Shown here piece after piece: positions 46,962-57,354 of a stretch of DNA of 64,000 nucleotides. Made by a program: the position numbers and the translations under genes. How positions within the stretch are numbered: position 1 is the first letter of the stretch; each line of letters opens with the position of its first letter. Below the pieces are notes generated by a model that saw only the letters and a program-made list of their open reading frames with translations, was not told where the DNA came from and did not search any database. The DNA is taken from assembly GCA_038203095.1 (NCBI GenBank), contig JBBREH010000001.1, positions 431 to 64,430 of the forward strand, in the 5' to 3' direction. This DNA comes from Candidatus Doudnabacteria bacterium. GTDB lineage: Bacteria > Patescibacteriota > Doudnabacteria > UBA920.

Positions 46962-47939
46962 ATGATTTTAAAAAAGTGTATTGTCATTACAACAATAAAT
47001 GAAACCAATTCTTGCTTGGAGGCTTTTTCTAAATTAAAAGGCTGGGATTTAATAATAGTAGGCGACAAAAAATCCCCAAAATCTTACAACCTAAAAGCAA
47101 TATATTTGGACATAGGCAAACAGGAAAGTTTGTTTCCAAAGTTTTCCGCACAAATGCCTTTTAATCATTATTGCAGAAAAAATTTGGGATATCTATACGC
47201 CATAAAAAATGGTTATGACATAATTGGAGAATCAGATGATGACAACATGCCCTACGAAAATTGGGGTAAATGGCCTATGGCCAAAGAATTTTCTACTATT
47301 ATTGAACCGCGTTACCCAAACATTTACAAAGAATTTACAAAACAAAAAATTTGGCCGCGGGGTTTCCCTTTGGATTTAATTCTATCCAATGAACCTTTAG
47401 TAAAAAAAGAATTGTCAGCTAAGGTCTTGGTTTGGCAAGGTCTGGCCGATGGCGACACCGATGTAGACGCTATTTACCGGTTAATTATCAAACAAGATGT
47501 AATGTTCGATAAAAATAAGGCTGTGGTTTTAAACGCCAAAGTTTTAAGCCCTTTTAATTCACAAAACACCGTATGGCTGAAAGAAGCGTGGCCTTTTTTG
47601 TATTTGCCACATACTGTAACTTTCCGTTACACCGACATATTAAGATCTTTTATCGCCCAGTTTGGCATTTGCGGCCGGGGCGGAGTTTTGGGCTTTATGT
47701 CGCCGACTGTTAGTAGCGTTGAAAGAAATTATCATAATTTGCTTAAAGATTTTGCGGACGAAGTTCCAATGTATAATAGTTTCTATAAAGTTGTGGAGGC
47801 ATTACAAAGCTGTAAAATTACCGGAAAGTCCGAAGATTTGTTTGTTATGTATGAAGCATTGGTAAAAAATAAAATTGTTGAAAAATCTGAGCTTGAATCA
47901 GTCAATGAATGGTTAAGAGTTGTGCAATTTGATTTGTAA
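46962..47939 (+). CDS. STELLO/DUF288-like glycosyltransferase
   Basis: IVITTIN, VGDKKSP, RKNLGYLYAI, ESDDDN, WPRGFPL, DVDAIYRL, PFNSQNT. Confidence 0.75.
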   Translation: MILKKCIVITTINETNSCLEAFSKLKGWDLIIVGDKKSPKSYNLKAIYLDIGKQESLFPKFSAQMPFNHYCRKNLGYLYAIKNGYDIIGESDDDNMPYENWGKWPMAKEFSTIIEPRYPNIYKEFTKQKIWPRGFPLDLILSNEPLVKKELSAKVLVWQGLADGDTDVDAIYRLIIKQDVMFDKNKAVVLNAKVLSPFNSQNTVWLKEAWPFLYLPHTVTFRYTDILRSFIAQFGICGRGGVLGFMSPTVSSVERNYHNLLKDFADEVPMYNSFYKVVEALQSCKITGKSEDLFVMYEALVKNKIVEKSELESVNEWLRVVQFDL

Positions 47940-47968
47940 TTAGTGCGGTGATAAAATTATCTTATTAT

Positions 47969-48952
47969 ATGTCTAGATTAAAGCAAAAAACCGCGTTAGT
48001 TTGCGGCGCCGGCGGGTTTATTGGTGGGCATTTGGTTAAGCGCCTGAAGGCCGAAGGCTATTGGGTGAGAGGAGCGGACTTAAAGAGTCCCGAGTTTGAA
48101 GTCACTGCTGCCGATGATTTTATGCTTGTAGATTTAAGGGACGACACTTCGTGGCTTAAAATTTTAGACCGGCCTTTTGACGAAGTCTACCAGCTGGCAG
48201 CGGATATGGGAGGCGCTGGCTATATTTTTACCGGCGAGCACGACGCGGACGTTATGCACAATTCGGCAAGTATTAATTTAAACGCGATTCATTACGGGCA
48301 AAAAGCCGGCACTAAAAAGATTTTTTATTCCTCGTCCGCGTGTATTTATCCGGAATATAACCAAATGGATCCGGCCAACCCAAAATGCGACGAAGTTTCC
48401 GCCTATCCGGCTCAGCCCGATAGCGAGTATGGCTGGGAAAAATTATTCAGCGAGCGGCTCTATTTATCGTACATGCGTAATTACAAGATGGACGTAAAGA
48501 TAGCGCGCTTCCATAATATTTTTGGTCCCCAGGGTACTTATGAAGGGGGTAAGGAAAAAGCTCCGGCCGCCATATGTAGAAAGGTCGCGCAAAGTCCGGA
48601 CGGGGGAGAGATTGAAATTTGGGGTGATGGTTTGCAGACGCGCTCGTTTTTATACATAGACGAATGCCTGGAAGGAGTAAGAAGGTTAATGGAATCGGAT
48701 TTTGCCGGCCCGGTTAACATTGGCTCGGAAGAAATGGTGACTATTAATCAGCTTGCAGAAATGGCAATGGCAATTGCAGGCAAAAAGCTTCATCTCAAGC
48801 ACATAAAAGGTCCGCTCGGTGTGCGGGGCAGAAATTCCGACAATGATTTAATTAAATCTAAAATCGACTGGGCGCCCGGCGCGCCACTTAAAGACGGCTT
48901 AACCAAAACTTACCAATGGATAAAACAGCAAGTCAACCAGAGCGAGGCCTAA
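47969..48952 (+). CDS. GDP-mannose 3,5-epimerase-like NAD-dependent epimerase
   Basis: GAGGFIG, LAADMGG, YSSSACIY, YGWEK, EKAPAAICRK, GVRGRNSDN. Confidence 0.88.
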   Translation: MSRLKQKTALVCGAGGFIGGHLVKRLKAEGYWVRGADLKSPEFEVTAADDFMLVDLRDDTSWLKILDRPFDEVYQLAADMGGAGYIFTGEHDADVMHNSASINLNAIHYGQKAGTKKIFYSSSACIYPEYNQMDPANPKCDEVSAYPAQPDSEYGWEKLFSERLYLSYMRNYKMDVKIARFHNIFGPQGTYEGGKEKAPAAICRKVAQSPDGGEIEIWGDGLQTRSFLYIDECLEGVRRLMESDFAGPVNIGSEEMVTINQLAEMAMAIAGKKLHLKHIKGPLGVRGRNSDNDLIKSKIDWAPGAPLKDGLTKTYQWIKQQVNQSEA

Positions 48953-49854
48953 TTATTGTCCGTCTGTTAGGCGGGCTTGGCAACCAAATGTTCCAGTATG
49001 CACTGGGCCGCAGCCTGTCAATTTTGCATAAACGTGAAATGAGACTAGATTTGGATTTTTATAAAAACCAGAATTCCAAATGGGCTTTAAGGACTTATGC
49101 GCTAGACCATTTTAACATTCATCCGCGTGTTGCGGGTCAAAACGAACTTAGGCCGTTCCAAAAATATTTACAGCCTAAGATTTTTAGCAAATTTTTGCGC
49201 AGAGCCAGTGTAGTAGTGCCTTTTGCGGCTAAATCTTACATTTTTGAACCATTGGGCCAAAATTTTACATTCGACGAACATCTATTAACCGCAAAATTTA
49301 AGATGAAAGTTTACTTGGATGGTTTTTGGCAAACGGAAAAATATTTTAAGCCAATAGAAGATATAATCAGGAAAGATTTTGAATTTGCTGAACAACCCGA
49401 TGCAGTTAATCAGAGGATGCTAAATGAAATTGAAAATCAAACCTCAGTTGCTATCCATATACGCCACGGCGATAACGCAACTAAAATTGCAAGCCATCAC
49501 GGGGTTTTGCCAATTAGTTATTATCAAAAAGCTGTTAAAGAGTTAATCGAAACCATCAACAATCCTTATTTTTACATTTTTTCCGACGATCCGGCATGGG
49601 CAAAAGAAAATTTAAAATTAAACCACCCTTCGGTTTTTGTCAGCCATAATGGCGAAGAAAAGCATTACGAAGATTTACGTTTGATGTCGCGTTGTAAACA
49701 TCATATTATAGGTAACAGCACTTTTAGCTGGTGGGGGGCTTGGCTTGGTAAAAAGACCGGTCAGCAGGTTTACGTGCCGAGTCGCTATCATATGAATACC
49801 AATATTAGCATGGGGAATTTGTATCCAAAAGACTGGAAATTAATCAAGGTATAA
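48916..49854 (+). CDS. alpha-1,2-fucosyltransferase (GT11)
   Basis: GGLGNQMFQYA, HIRHGD, FSDD, NSTFSWWGAWL. Confidence 0.92.
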   Translation: MDKTASQPERGLIIVRLLGGLGNQMFQYALGRSLSILHKREMRLDLDFYKNQNSKWALRTYALDHFNIHPRVAGQNELRPFQKYLQPKIFSKFLRRASVVVPFAAKSYIFEPLGQNFTFDEHLLTAKFKMKVYLDGFWQTEKYFKPIEDIIRKDFEFAEQPDAVNQRMLNEIENQTSVAIHIRHGDNATKIASHHGVLPISYYQKAVKELIETINNPYFYIFSDDPAWAKENLKLNHPSVFVSHNGEEKHYEDLRLMSRCKHHIIGNSTFSWWGAWLGKKTGQQVYVPSRYHMNTNISMGNLYPKDWKLIKV

Positions 49855-49860
49855 AGAAGT

Positions 49861-50796
49861 ATGCTTAATTTAAAGATAGTAAAAATTTTACTCACCGGCG
49901 GGCATGGATTTTTGGGCGCACAGGTTTATGAACAGTTAATGAAAGAAGGAGCTCAGGCCAAAAATATTAGCCGACCGCGCTCCAAGGTTTTGGATTTGCG
50001 TCGATCGGAAAACGCGGCCAAAGCGGTAAAGGGTCGAGATTTGGTTATTCATTTGGCAGCCAGCGTGGGCGGGATTGGTTATAACCGCGAGCATCCCGGA
50101 AAGTTGTTTTATGATAGCGCGATAATGGGATTAAATTTGATTGAAGCGGCAAGGCTGGCCGGCGTTAAAAAATTCGTTCAAGTTGGCACGGTTTGCGCCT
50201 ACCCAAAACTTACCCCGGTTCCGTTTAAAGAAAAAGATTTATGGAATGGCTATCCCGAAGAAACCAATGCGCCTTATGGATTAGCAAAAAAAATACTTTT
50301 GGTTCAGCTTCAGGCTTATAGACAAGAGTATGATTTTAACGGGATTTATTTACTTCCCGTAAATTTATACGGCCCGGGTGACAATTTTAATCCCGACTCT
50401 TCCCACGTTATTCCGGCGCTTATAAAAAAGTTTGTGGAAGCGGTAAAAAACTATCAGCCCGAAGTTGTTGTTTGGGGTACGGGCAAAGCCAGTCGGGAAT
50501 TTTTATACGTTGACGACGCGGCGCGGGGGATAGTGCTAGCCGCGCAAAAGTATAATAAAAGCGAACCCGTAAATTTGGGTGCGCATTTTGAAATTAAAAT
50601 TAAGCAGCTGGTTCCGATTATTGCAAAACTGACAGGCTTTAATGGAAGAATTGTTTGGGATAAAACTAAACCGGACGGCCAACCCCGAAGAAAACTAGAC
50701 GTTTCGCGGGCAAAAAAGGAATTTAATTTTATTTCCCGAGTCAATTTTGAGGAAGGCCTTAAAAAAACGGTTGATTGGTATAAAGCAACGCGTTGA
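49861..50796 (+). CDS. fcl: GDP-L-fucose synthase
   Basis: [44 protein letters not shown]. Confidence 0.93.
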   Translation: MLNLKIVKILLTGGHGFLGAQVYEQLMKEGAQAKNISRPRSKVLDLRRSENAAKAVKGRDLVIHLAASVGGIGYNREHPGKLFYDSAIMGLNLIEAARLAGVKKFVQVGTVCAYPKLTPVPFKEKDLWNGYPEETNAPYGLAKKILLVQLQAYRQEYDFNGIYLLPVNLYGPGDNFNPDSSHVIPALIKKFVEAVKNYQPEVVVWGTGKASREFLYVDDAARGIVLAAQKYNKSEPVNLGAHFEIKIKQLVPIIAKLTGFNGRIVWDKTKPDGQPRRKLDVSRAKKEFNFISRVNFEEGLKKTVDWYKATR

Positions 50797-50831
50797 TAAA
50801 TTAAAATAGGGTAAATTAAGACAAATGACAC

Positions 50832-50874
50832 AGACAACAAGGGCCTGCCTTTAAGCGATTGGAGAGAGGGCTAA
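50832..50874 (+). pseudogene. Possible relic of an rmlC-like 3' end
   Basis: DNKGLPLSDW versus DNKGLSLKDW at 59521; 26/32 nt identical. Confidence 0.45.
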
Positions 50875-50893
50875 AGACTTGAAAATTTTATTT

Positions 50894-51763
50894 ATGGAAA
50901 CTAAAAATACAATTTTAATAACCGGAGGCACAGGTTATTTGGGCAGTAATATCCTAAAAAAATTAGTGGCTCAAGGCTATCGGATAATTTTATTAAAAAG
51001 GTCTTATTCCAAGACATTTCGGATTAGCGACGTGTTGAATTCTATAGTAACTTATGATATTGATAAGTTGGCGATTGAAAAAATATTTTCAGAACACAAA
51101 ATTGATATTATTTTACACTGCGCCACGGACTATGGAAGGAAGAACATTGAGCCTTTGCAAATCATAGACGCGAATTTAACCTTGCCACTTCGTTTATTGG
51201 AGCTGGGAAAAAGAAACAAGGTTTCTTGCTTTATAAATACCGATACGATTTTGGACAAAAGAGTAAGTCATTATTCTTTATCCAAGCGTCAATTCCACGA
51301 CTGGTTTTTACTTTATCAAAAGGAGCTGTGCTGCGTAAATATTGCTCTGGAGCATTTTTTTGGGCCTGGCGACGACAATACCAAGTTCGTTTCATATATT
51401 GTTAACGAGCTAATCTGTAAAGCGAAAAAAATTGACCTGACTTTGGGCGAGCAAAAACGTGATTTTATTTATATTGACGACGTAGTCGATGGATTTTTAA
51501 AGGTTTTGGGGAAATCCCCGCAAATGGGGAAAGGCTATTTTAAGTTTGAAATCGGCAGCGGGGGCTCAATTTCCATTAAGGACTTAGTAGTTAAAATTAA
51601 GGAATTGAGTCGTAATACAACCACACAACTAAATTTTGGTGCGATTCCTTATCGGGAAAATGAAATCATGCAAAATGAAGTCGACCTTGTTGAAATCAAA
51701 AAACTCGGCTGGGCATGCAAAAATTCCCTTGAAGAAGGCCTTAAAAAAACAATAATTTCATGA
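50894..51763 (+). CDS. CDP-paratose/abequose synthase-like SDR
   Basis: [47 protein letters not shown]; upstream of rfbE. Confidence 0.75.
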   Translation: METKNTILITGGTGYLGSNILKKLVAQGYRIILLKRSYSKTFRISDVLNSIVTYDIDKLAIEKIFSEHKIDIILHCATDYGRKNIEPLQIIDANLTLPLRLLELGKRNKVSCFINTDTILDKRVSHYSLSKRQFHDWFLLYQKELCCVNIALEHFFGPGDDNTKFVSYIVNELICKAKKIDLTLGEQKRDFIYIDDVVDGFLKVLGKSPQMGKGYFKFEIGSGGSISIKDLVVKIKELSRNTTTQLNFGAIPYRENEIMQNEVDLVEIKKLGWACKNSLEEGLKKTIIS

Positions 51764-52779
51764 AAATTTTAATTACCGGCGGCTGCGGGTTTTTGGGTTC
51801 TAATTTAGCCCAAAAGGCTATCGCGAAAAAATACGAACTGGCAATTTTTGACAACCTTTCCCGCCTGGGCAGCGAGGATAATTTAAAATGGCTCAAGAGC
51901 CAGGGCGAGTTTAAATTTATTAACGCCGACATAAGAAAGCAAAGCGCGGTTGAAAGTGTTATTAAAGAATTTTTACCTGATGTTATATTCCACCTGGCCG
52001 GCCAGGTCGCAATGACTACTTCTTTAAGCAGTCCGAGGGATGATTTTGAAATCAACACTTTAGGCAGTTTAAATGTCCTGGAAGCGGTGAGGCAGTTTTG
52101 CCCCAATGCTTTTGTAGTTTATTCTTCAACCAATAAAGTATATGGAGACTTAGAGTGGGTTAAATACGAAGAGCAGGAAAAACGCTATATTGCCCACGAT
52201 TTTCCAAATGGCTTTAAGGAAAATGTGACTTTAAGTTTTTCTTCGCCTTATGGCTGTTCCAAAGGCAGTAGCGACCAGTATATGTTAGACTATCATAAAA
52301 TGTTCGGCCTAAAAACTGTGGTACTAAGACATTCTTCTATGTACGGCGGCCGGCAGTTCGCGACTTTTGACCAAGGCTGGGTGGGTTGGTTTTGTTCCCA
52401 GGCATTGGAGCAAAAGCAAAATAAGGACAAAGAGCCGTTTACTATTTCCGGCAACGGTAAACAGGTCCGTGACGTGCTCCATGCGGAGGATATGGTAAAT
52501 TTGTACTATAGTTTATGGGACAATTCCAATATGGTTGCCGGCCAGGTTTTTAACATTGGTGGCGGGATGGATAACAGCCTATCCTTACTGGAACTTTTCG
52601 AGCTTTTGGAAACAGAAGTTGGGATTAAGTTAAATTATCGCAAATTGCCGGCCAGAGTAAGTGATCAAAAAGTTTTTGTGGCGGATTTAAGCAAAATTAC
52701 CAATACTATTGGCTGGTTACCAAAAGTCAGCAAATTGGAAGGCATCAGAAAAATGCTGCGATGGTTGGCTGATAAATAA
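51760..52779 (+). CDS. rfbE: CDP-paratose 2-epimerase (CDP-tyvelose epimerase)
   Basis: [59 protein letters not shown]. Confidence 0.9.
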   Translation: MKILITGGCGFLGSNLAQKAIAKKYELAIFDNLSRLGSEDNLKWLKSQGEFKFINADIRKQSAVESVIKEFLPDVIFHLAGQVAMTTSLSSPRDDFEINTLGSLNVLEAVRQFCPNAFVVYSSTNKVYGDLEWVKYEEQEKRYIAHDFPNGFKENVTLSFSSPYGCSKGSSDQYMLDYHKMFGLKTVVLRHSSMYGGRQFATFDQGWVGWFCSQALEQKQNKDKEPFTISGNGKQVRDVLHAEDMVNLYYSLWDNSNMVAGQVFNIGGGMDNSLSLLELFELLETEVGIKLNYRKLPARVSDQKVFVADLSKITNTIGWLPKVSKLEGIRKMLRWLADK

Positions 52780-52784
52780 AAATT

Positions 52785-53486
52785 ATGGAAAATATTAAAT
52801 TAACGGTATTTATACCGGCATATAAAGAAGCTGATAATTTAAAGGTTCTCTTGCCGAGGCTGGTTAAGACGTTGTCCCAAGTAGAGCCTAATTACGAAGT
52901 TCTGGTTGTGGACACAATGGAGCCGATGGACGGCGCTAAAGCAGTCTGCGAGTCAGCCAGCGGGAACGTAGTCTATGCAAACAGAACCGGCGGCAATAAT
53001 TTTGGCGATGCCGTCAGAACCGGCATTTTATTGGCGAGGGGACAATATTTTATCGGAATGGATGGCGACGGTTCGCACGCGCCGGAGTTTATTAAACAAC
53101 TTTACGCGCAAAAGGACAAATTCGACGTAGTTATTGCCTCCCGCTATATTGACGGGGGAGGTACGGAAAATTCCAAAGCCTTAATTGCCATGAGCCAGAT
53201 TGTAAATTTAATCTATTCCTTGGTTTTAAATTTGAATTGCAAAGACGTTTCCAACAGTTTTAAGCTGTATAAAACCTCTGCTTTACAACAGCTCAAGCTG
53301 AAATCAGATAATTTTGACATTGTGGAAGAAATTTTATTTAAACTTAAAAAAGCCAATTCTAATTTAAGCATAAAAGAGCTGCCGTTTACTTTTAAAACAA
53401 GGATGTTTGGCGAAACCAAAAGGAATTTATTTATTTTTATTTTTACGTATCTTTATACACTAATCAAACTACGATTTGAAAAATAA
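52785..53486 (+). CDS. GT2 polyprenol-phosphate glycosyltransferase-like
   Basis: IPAYKEADN, MDGDGSHAP, VIASRY, DVSNSFKLY. Confidence 0.85.
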   Translation: MENIKLTVFIPAYKEADNLKVLLPRLVKTLSQVEPNYEVLVVDTMEPMDGAKAVCESASGNVVYANRTGGNNFGDAVRTGILLARGQYFIGMDGDGSHAPEFIKQLYAQKDKFDVVIASRYIDGGGTENSKALIAMSQIVNLIYSLVLNLNCKDVSNSFKLYKTSALQQLKLKSDNFDIVEEILFKLKKANSNLSIKELPFTFKTRMFGETKRNLFIFIFTYLYTLIKLRFEK

Positions 53487-56154
53487 AATTTTAGGCGCCT
53501 TAATTCAAGGTAAAAAAATAATATCCAGGCATTATTTACAGTTTTTAAGTGTAGGGGGTTTGTTATTTGGCGTGCTTTGGCTAGGTTATACTATAAGAGT
53601 GGTGGGTAGTCGGGAAATTAGCGATCCAGTTATGGTTGTTATTCAGGCTAAAAATAACCAGCAGTTAGCCAGCCAGCCAGCGACTAAATTAGCCCACGCC
53701 GGCAATGTTGTCTTTTTTACACCCAAAAAAACCCAAATAAATACTTGGGCGATTAGCACGGTATTTATTGAAAAGTTGTTTTTTGTGGTAAAAAAAGACG
53801 AGTTGCCAAATATTGACTCCATCCGATTATCCATTGGGCAAAAAGATTTTAATATTAGCAGCACTGATTTGGTAAATTGGCGGCTTGATAATCCCGAGCA
53901 ACAAAGCGCTTACTTTGAGTACGACAAAACCACTGAATATATTGCCGGACTACCCGCGACCATGTATTCTTCGGTCTCCCGCCTGCCTTTTTCTAAAAAG
54001 GTTTTTGGCAATGTTATTAATTGGGGAGGGGACGGGAAGTTGGTTTTAAATCCTTTAATATCAGGAGCAAAGCTTTTTATTTTGGTAATTACGGCGTTAT
54101 TCTTGTATTTCTTCCTTTTTTTATTGCTTTTTCCAAGAAGCCCAGATGAGCCTGACGTGCTGCCTGAGCGGGAGCAAAGAATTGACTTTTTATCTTTTGT
54201 TTTGAGCCTTGCATTAACCCTTGTTGCTTTATTCGTTTTAAGCGTACTCATAAAAATATTTTACAAGCCCGATATTAACATAATTATAAACCAGGCTCGC
54301 GAGTTGTATTTGCCTAACCTGATTGGCAGTTTTGTACCAAAACCGGTAGAAAGAATGCAGTTTGTCCTAAGTGTTTTGGCCACGCCGTTTTTATTGCTCG
54401 GGTTTTATTGCTCGGTGAAGTCTTGGTTAAAAAATTGGGCCGAGTCGACGGTGAGTAAGTTGTATCAAGTTGCGGTTCCGTTTTCCGTGCTATTTATTTT
54501 TGTCATGGTTTTTTGGGGTCTGGCTATGAGCGATTTTTTATACATCCAAAACAGTTATTTTATAAGTCAGTGGGGTAAATATGTTTACGCTTTTTTGCTA
54601 TTTCCGTTGCTGTTATGGGCTTGTTTTTCATATGAAAGCAATTCATATTTAAAAAAAATAATTTCCATTCTGCCTTATATTTTTGTAGTGTTAATAATTT
54701 TTACGGCCTTTTGCTTAAATATTTTTAGCGCCAACAATATACCTGGCGGGCCTTATCATTTTAATCCGATTTTTTATCCCATTGCCCAGATTTTTGGGGG
54801 CAAAACCCTGTTGGTTGGTTTTGGTAGTTTGTACGGCTTATTTCCGATTTTTTTGAATTTTATTTTTAAAATAATTGGTTTTTCAGTATTTAAGATAGCG
54901 GCGGTTATGGGTTTTCTTATCGCCTTGTCGTATTTAGCCTTATTTATTTTTTTAAAAAATACAATCAAAAATAAATTAGTTTTATTGGGCGGTATTTGCA
55001 GCGTATTCTTCTTTTCGTACATAAACCTTCCCCAGGTATATTTTCAGTATTGGCCTATCCGTTTTTTTCCGGCTTGTATTTTTATACTCGCTGTATCCCT
55101 GTTTATTAAAAATGGAAATAATAAATTTTTTTATTATTTAGGTTTTGCCTGGAGTTTTATTGCCGTGCTTTGGAATTTAGAGACGGGCATAGTACTACTC
55201 ACGTCATGGGCGTTAATTTTGGCATACTGTGATTTTTCTCAAGTTAGGGGGATGGCTTTTATGAAAAAAAGCATCGGGCATTTGGCAGTTGGCTTAGGCT
55301 TTTTGCTTTTTAGCGCAGTTGGGCTATATTTTTATACTTATTTAAGAAGCGGAGCTTATCCGGACCTAACTATTTTTTACAAGTATCAAAAATTATTTTT
55401 TTCGGGTTATTTTATGATCCCGATGCTCCCCCCACCGCATATTTGGGCGGTAATTATTTTTACTTATTTAGCAGGGTTGCTTTATTCACTTAAATCATTA
55501 TTTGTTTTTCAGAGTGATGAAAAAAGTAAAATTATTTTTTTTCTTTCAATTTTGGGAATTGGTCTATTTAGCTATTATGAGGGCCGGTCGCATGATGCGA
55601 CATTGGTAGGCCCTTCTTACGTCGCAGTTTTATTATTTACAATTTTTGCCGACAGCTTGCTGGCTTTGGTAAAACGACATGTCCAACCAATGGCTAATAT
55701 GGCAGCATTAATACTGCTGTTGTTTTTGCTATTTGCGGGCCCCGTTAGTCTGATTTCCAATGTTCCGAGGCTCGCCACTATAATACGCGCAAATTTTAGT
55801 TCCCTGCCTATGGCAGATTCGGACATAGCCCGCAATATTACTTTTATAAAGCAATATTCCTCTAAGACAGAAAAAATATTTATTATTTCTTCAAATTATG
55901 ATGGGGTGTATTACACGGAAACAGGTACTGTTTCGGCGCCTGACCTGCCGTCATCAACGGAATATTTTTCAAAAAAAGAAGTTGGTTATATAATTAACTT
56001 TCTGAAGCAAAATACCTCAACAAAAGTATTTTATGATGTAAAAAATCCACTTGTTTTTGGCGAAGAGATAGTTTTAACCTTAAAGACATATTACAATACA
56101 AAACAAGTTAGCGGCGGGGGGCTTGTACTTTTGGAAAAAATAAGCCAAAAATAA
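53476..56154 (+). CDS. Large polytopic membrane protein, GT-C-like
   Basis: More than 12 TM segments, SLYG and WNLETG loops; follows a polyprenol-P GT2. Confidence 0.65.
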   Translation: MKNKILGALIQGKKIISRHYLQFLSVGGLLFGVLWLGYTIRVVGSREISDPVMVVIQAKNNQQLASQPATKLAHAGNVVFFTPKKTQINTWAISTVFIEKLFFVVKKDELPNIDSIRLSIGQKDFNISSTDLVNWRLDNPEQQSAYFEYDKTTEYIAGLPATMYSSVSRLPFSKKVFGNVINWGGDGKLVLNPLISGAKLFILVITALFLYFFLFLLLFPRSPDEPDVLPEREQRIDFLSFVLSLALTLVALFVLSVLIKIFYKPDINIIINQARELYLPNLIGSFVPKPVERMQFVLSVLATPFLLLGFYCSVKSWLKNWAESTVSKLYQVAVPFSVLFIFVMVFWGLAMSDFLYIQNSYFISQWGKYVYAFLLFPLLLWACFSYESNSYLKKIISILPYIFVVLIIFTAFCLNIFSANNIPGGPYHFNPIFYPIAQIFGGKTLLVGFGSLYGLFPIFLNFIFKIIGFSVFKIAAVMGFLIALSYLALFIFLKNTIKNKLVLLGGICSVFFFSYINLPQVYFQYWPIRFFPACIFILAVSLFIKNGNNKFFYYLGFAWSFIAVLWNLETGIVLLTSWALILAYCDFSQVRGMAFMKKSIGHLAVGLGFLLFSAVGLYFYTYLRSGAYPDLTIFYKYQKLFFSGYFMIPMLPPPHIWAVIIFTYLAGLLYSLKSLFVFQSDEKSKIIFFLSILGIGLFSYYEGRSHDATLVGPSYVAVLLFTIFADSLLALVKRHVQPMANMAALILLLFLLFAGPVSLISNVPRLATIIRANFSSLPMADSDIARNITFIKQYSSKTEKIFIISSNYDGVYYTETGTVSAPDLPSSTEYFSKKEVGYIINFLKQNTSTKVFYDVKNPLVFGEEIVLTLKTYYNTKQVSGGGLVLLEKISQK

Positions 56155-56168
56155 GAGCGCAAATTTAA

Positions 56169-56213
56169 TACCTATTGACACCTATTGACACCTAAAAATA
56201 CCTCTGCTATGAT
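56169..56213 (+). promoter_or_regulatory. Promoter overlapped by 10-bp-phased direct repeats
   Basis: ACCTATTGAC-ACCTATTGAC-ACCTAAAAAT-ACCT; TTGACA-17 bp-TATGAT. Confidence 0.6.
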
Positions 56214-56249
56214 CGAAATAGAGGTATTTATTTATAATTTTTTCCGATT

Positions 56250-56495
56250 ATGCCCGAAATCAAGCCAAACGAAATATATACCACCGCAGAAACCGAACAA
56301 TTGTTAAAAATCAGCAATAGCACAATGAAGCGCATCATCAAAAGCGGATTGTTGCGCGCTAATAAAATCGGCAAACAGTACAGAATTTTAGGTCATGAAA
56401 TTCTTAGGCTGGTCTCCCCAGATTTGGAAGAGAAATCGGTTAGGGCGTATCAAAATATTAAAGTCAAAGCAAGAGAAAAAACCAGAAGCTGGTAA
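56250..56495 (+). CDS. Excisionase/BldC-like MerR-type HTH protein
   Basis: IYTTAETEQLLKISNSTMKRIIKSGLLRANKIGKQYRI. Confidence 0.85.
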   Translation: MPEIKPNEIYTTAETEQLLKISNSTMKRIIKSGLLRANKIGKQYRILGHEILRLVSPDLEEKSVRAYQNIKVKAREKTRSW

Positions 56496-56499
56496 AATT

Positions 56500-57354
56500 A
56501 TGCTTAGCATTATAACGGCATTATACAAATCGGAAAGGTATTTAGAATCATTTTCAAAAAAAATTGAAAATTTTGTCAATGAGATGCAAAAAGACGGTTT
56601 TCCTACAGAGGTTATTCTAATCCCTAGAGAACCCACGAGTAAAGAAAGAGAGTATATAGACAGGTTAAAAATTCATTCATGGTGCCGCGAAGTAAGTTGT
56701 TCCACCCCCGGGGTTAATGCTGCCTGGAATTCTGGTTTTCTTGCTGCCAAGGGAGATGTTTTTGCTTTTTGCAATACCGATGACTTTCGATACACCTGCG
56801 GCACAAAAGAAGGGATAAAGCTTGTGGAGCAGGGAGCGGATTTGGTCTATTTGCCTTTTCATATTAGGCGCTATCTTATTTTTTTTGGCCGTGATTTTTT
56901 AGTTCATAGGCAGACCATAAATAAGCAGGTGCCGGAGTTTAATGAACAAACCAAGGCCGAATTTTTTCGTTCCATGCTGTGCGGGCCGTTTTTTGTTTTT
57001 AGGAAAAGTTTATTTTTGCGGGTTGGACCTTTTGATGAGCAGTTTAAAAGTGCGGGGGATTTTGACTGGTGCATTCGAGCTGCAAAAATCGGCAAATTGA
57101 AGCGAGGTAGAGAATTGGGTGGCTCTTACCGGGTGGATGGCAACGGAACAAGCGGAGGCGGCAAAGATTTTATTACAGCTGAAAATAACACCATTGCCTT
57201 GCGCCACCATTTTGAGGATAAAATGAAAACAATTAGCCCGGAACTGATGAATCGGTACGATCCTAAGAGTATAACTTTTAGGGGACAGAAGTTTCCTGTT
57301 AATGAAAATGGAAATTTAAATATAAGTTTAATCCCATCATGGCCGATAGTCTAA
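56500..57354 (+). CDS. GT2 glycosyltransferase
   Basis: LSIITALY, AAWNSG, NTDD, GPFDE...GDFDWCIR. Confidence 0.85.
   Translation: MLSIITALYKSERYLESFSKKIENFVNEMQKDGFPTEVILIPREPTSKEREYIDRLKIHSWCREVSCSTPGVNAAWNSGFLAAKGDVFAFCNTDDFRYTCGTKEGIKLVEQGADLVYLPFHIRRYLIFFGRDFLVHRQTINKQVPEFNEQTKAEFFRSMLCGPFFVFRKSLFLRVGPFDEQFKSAGDFDWCIRAAKIGKLKRGRELGGSYRVDGNGTSGGGKDFITAENNTIALRHHFEDKMKTISPELMNRYDPKSITFRGQKFPVNENGNLNISLIPSWPIV

Noticed and set aside
56250-56495. Excisionase as a marker of a prophage or ICE
   Set aside because: No integrase, phage or conjugation genes nearby
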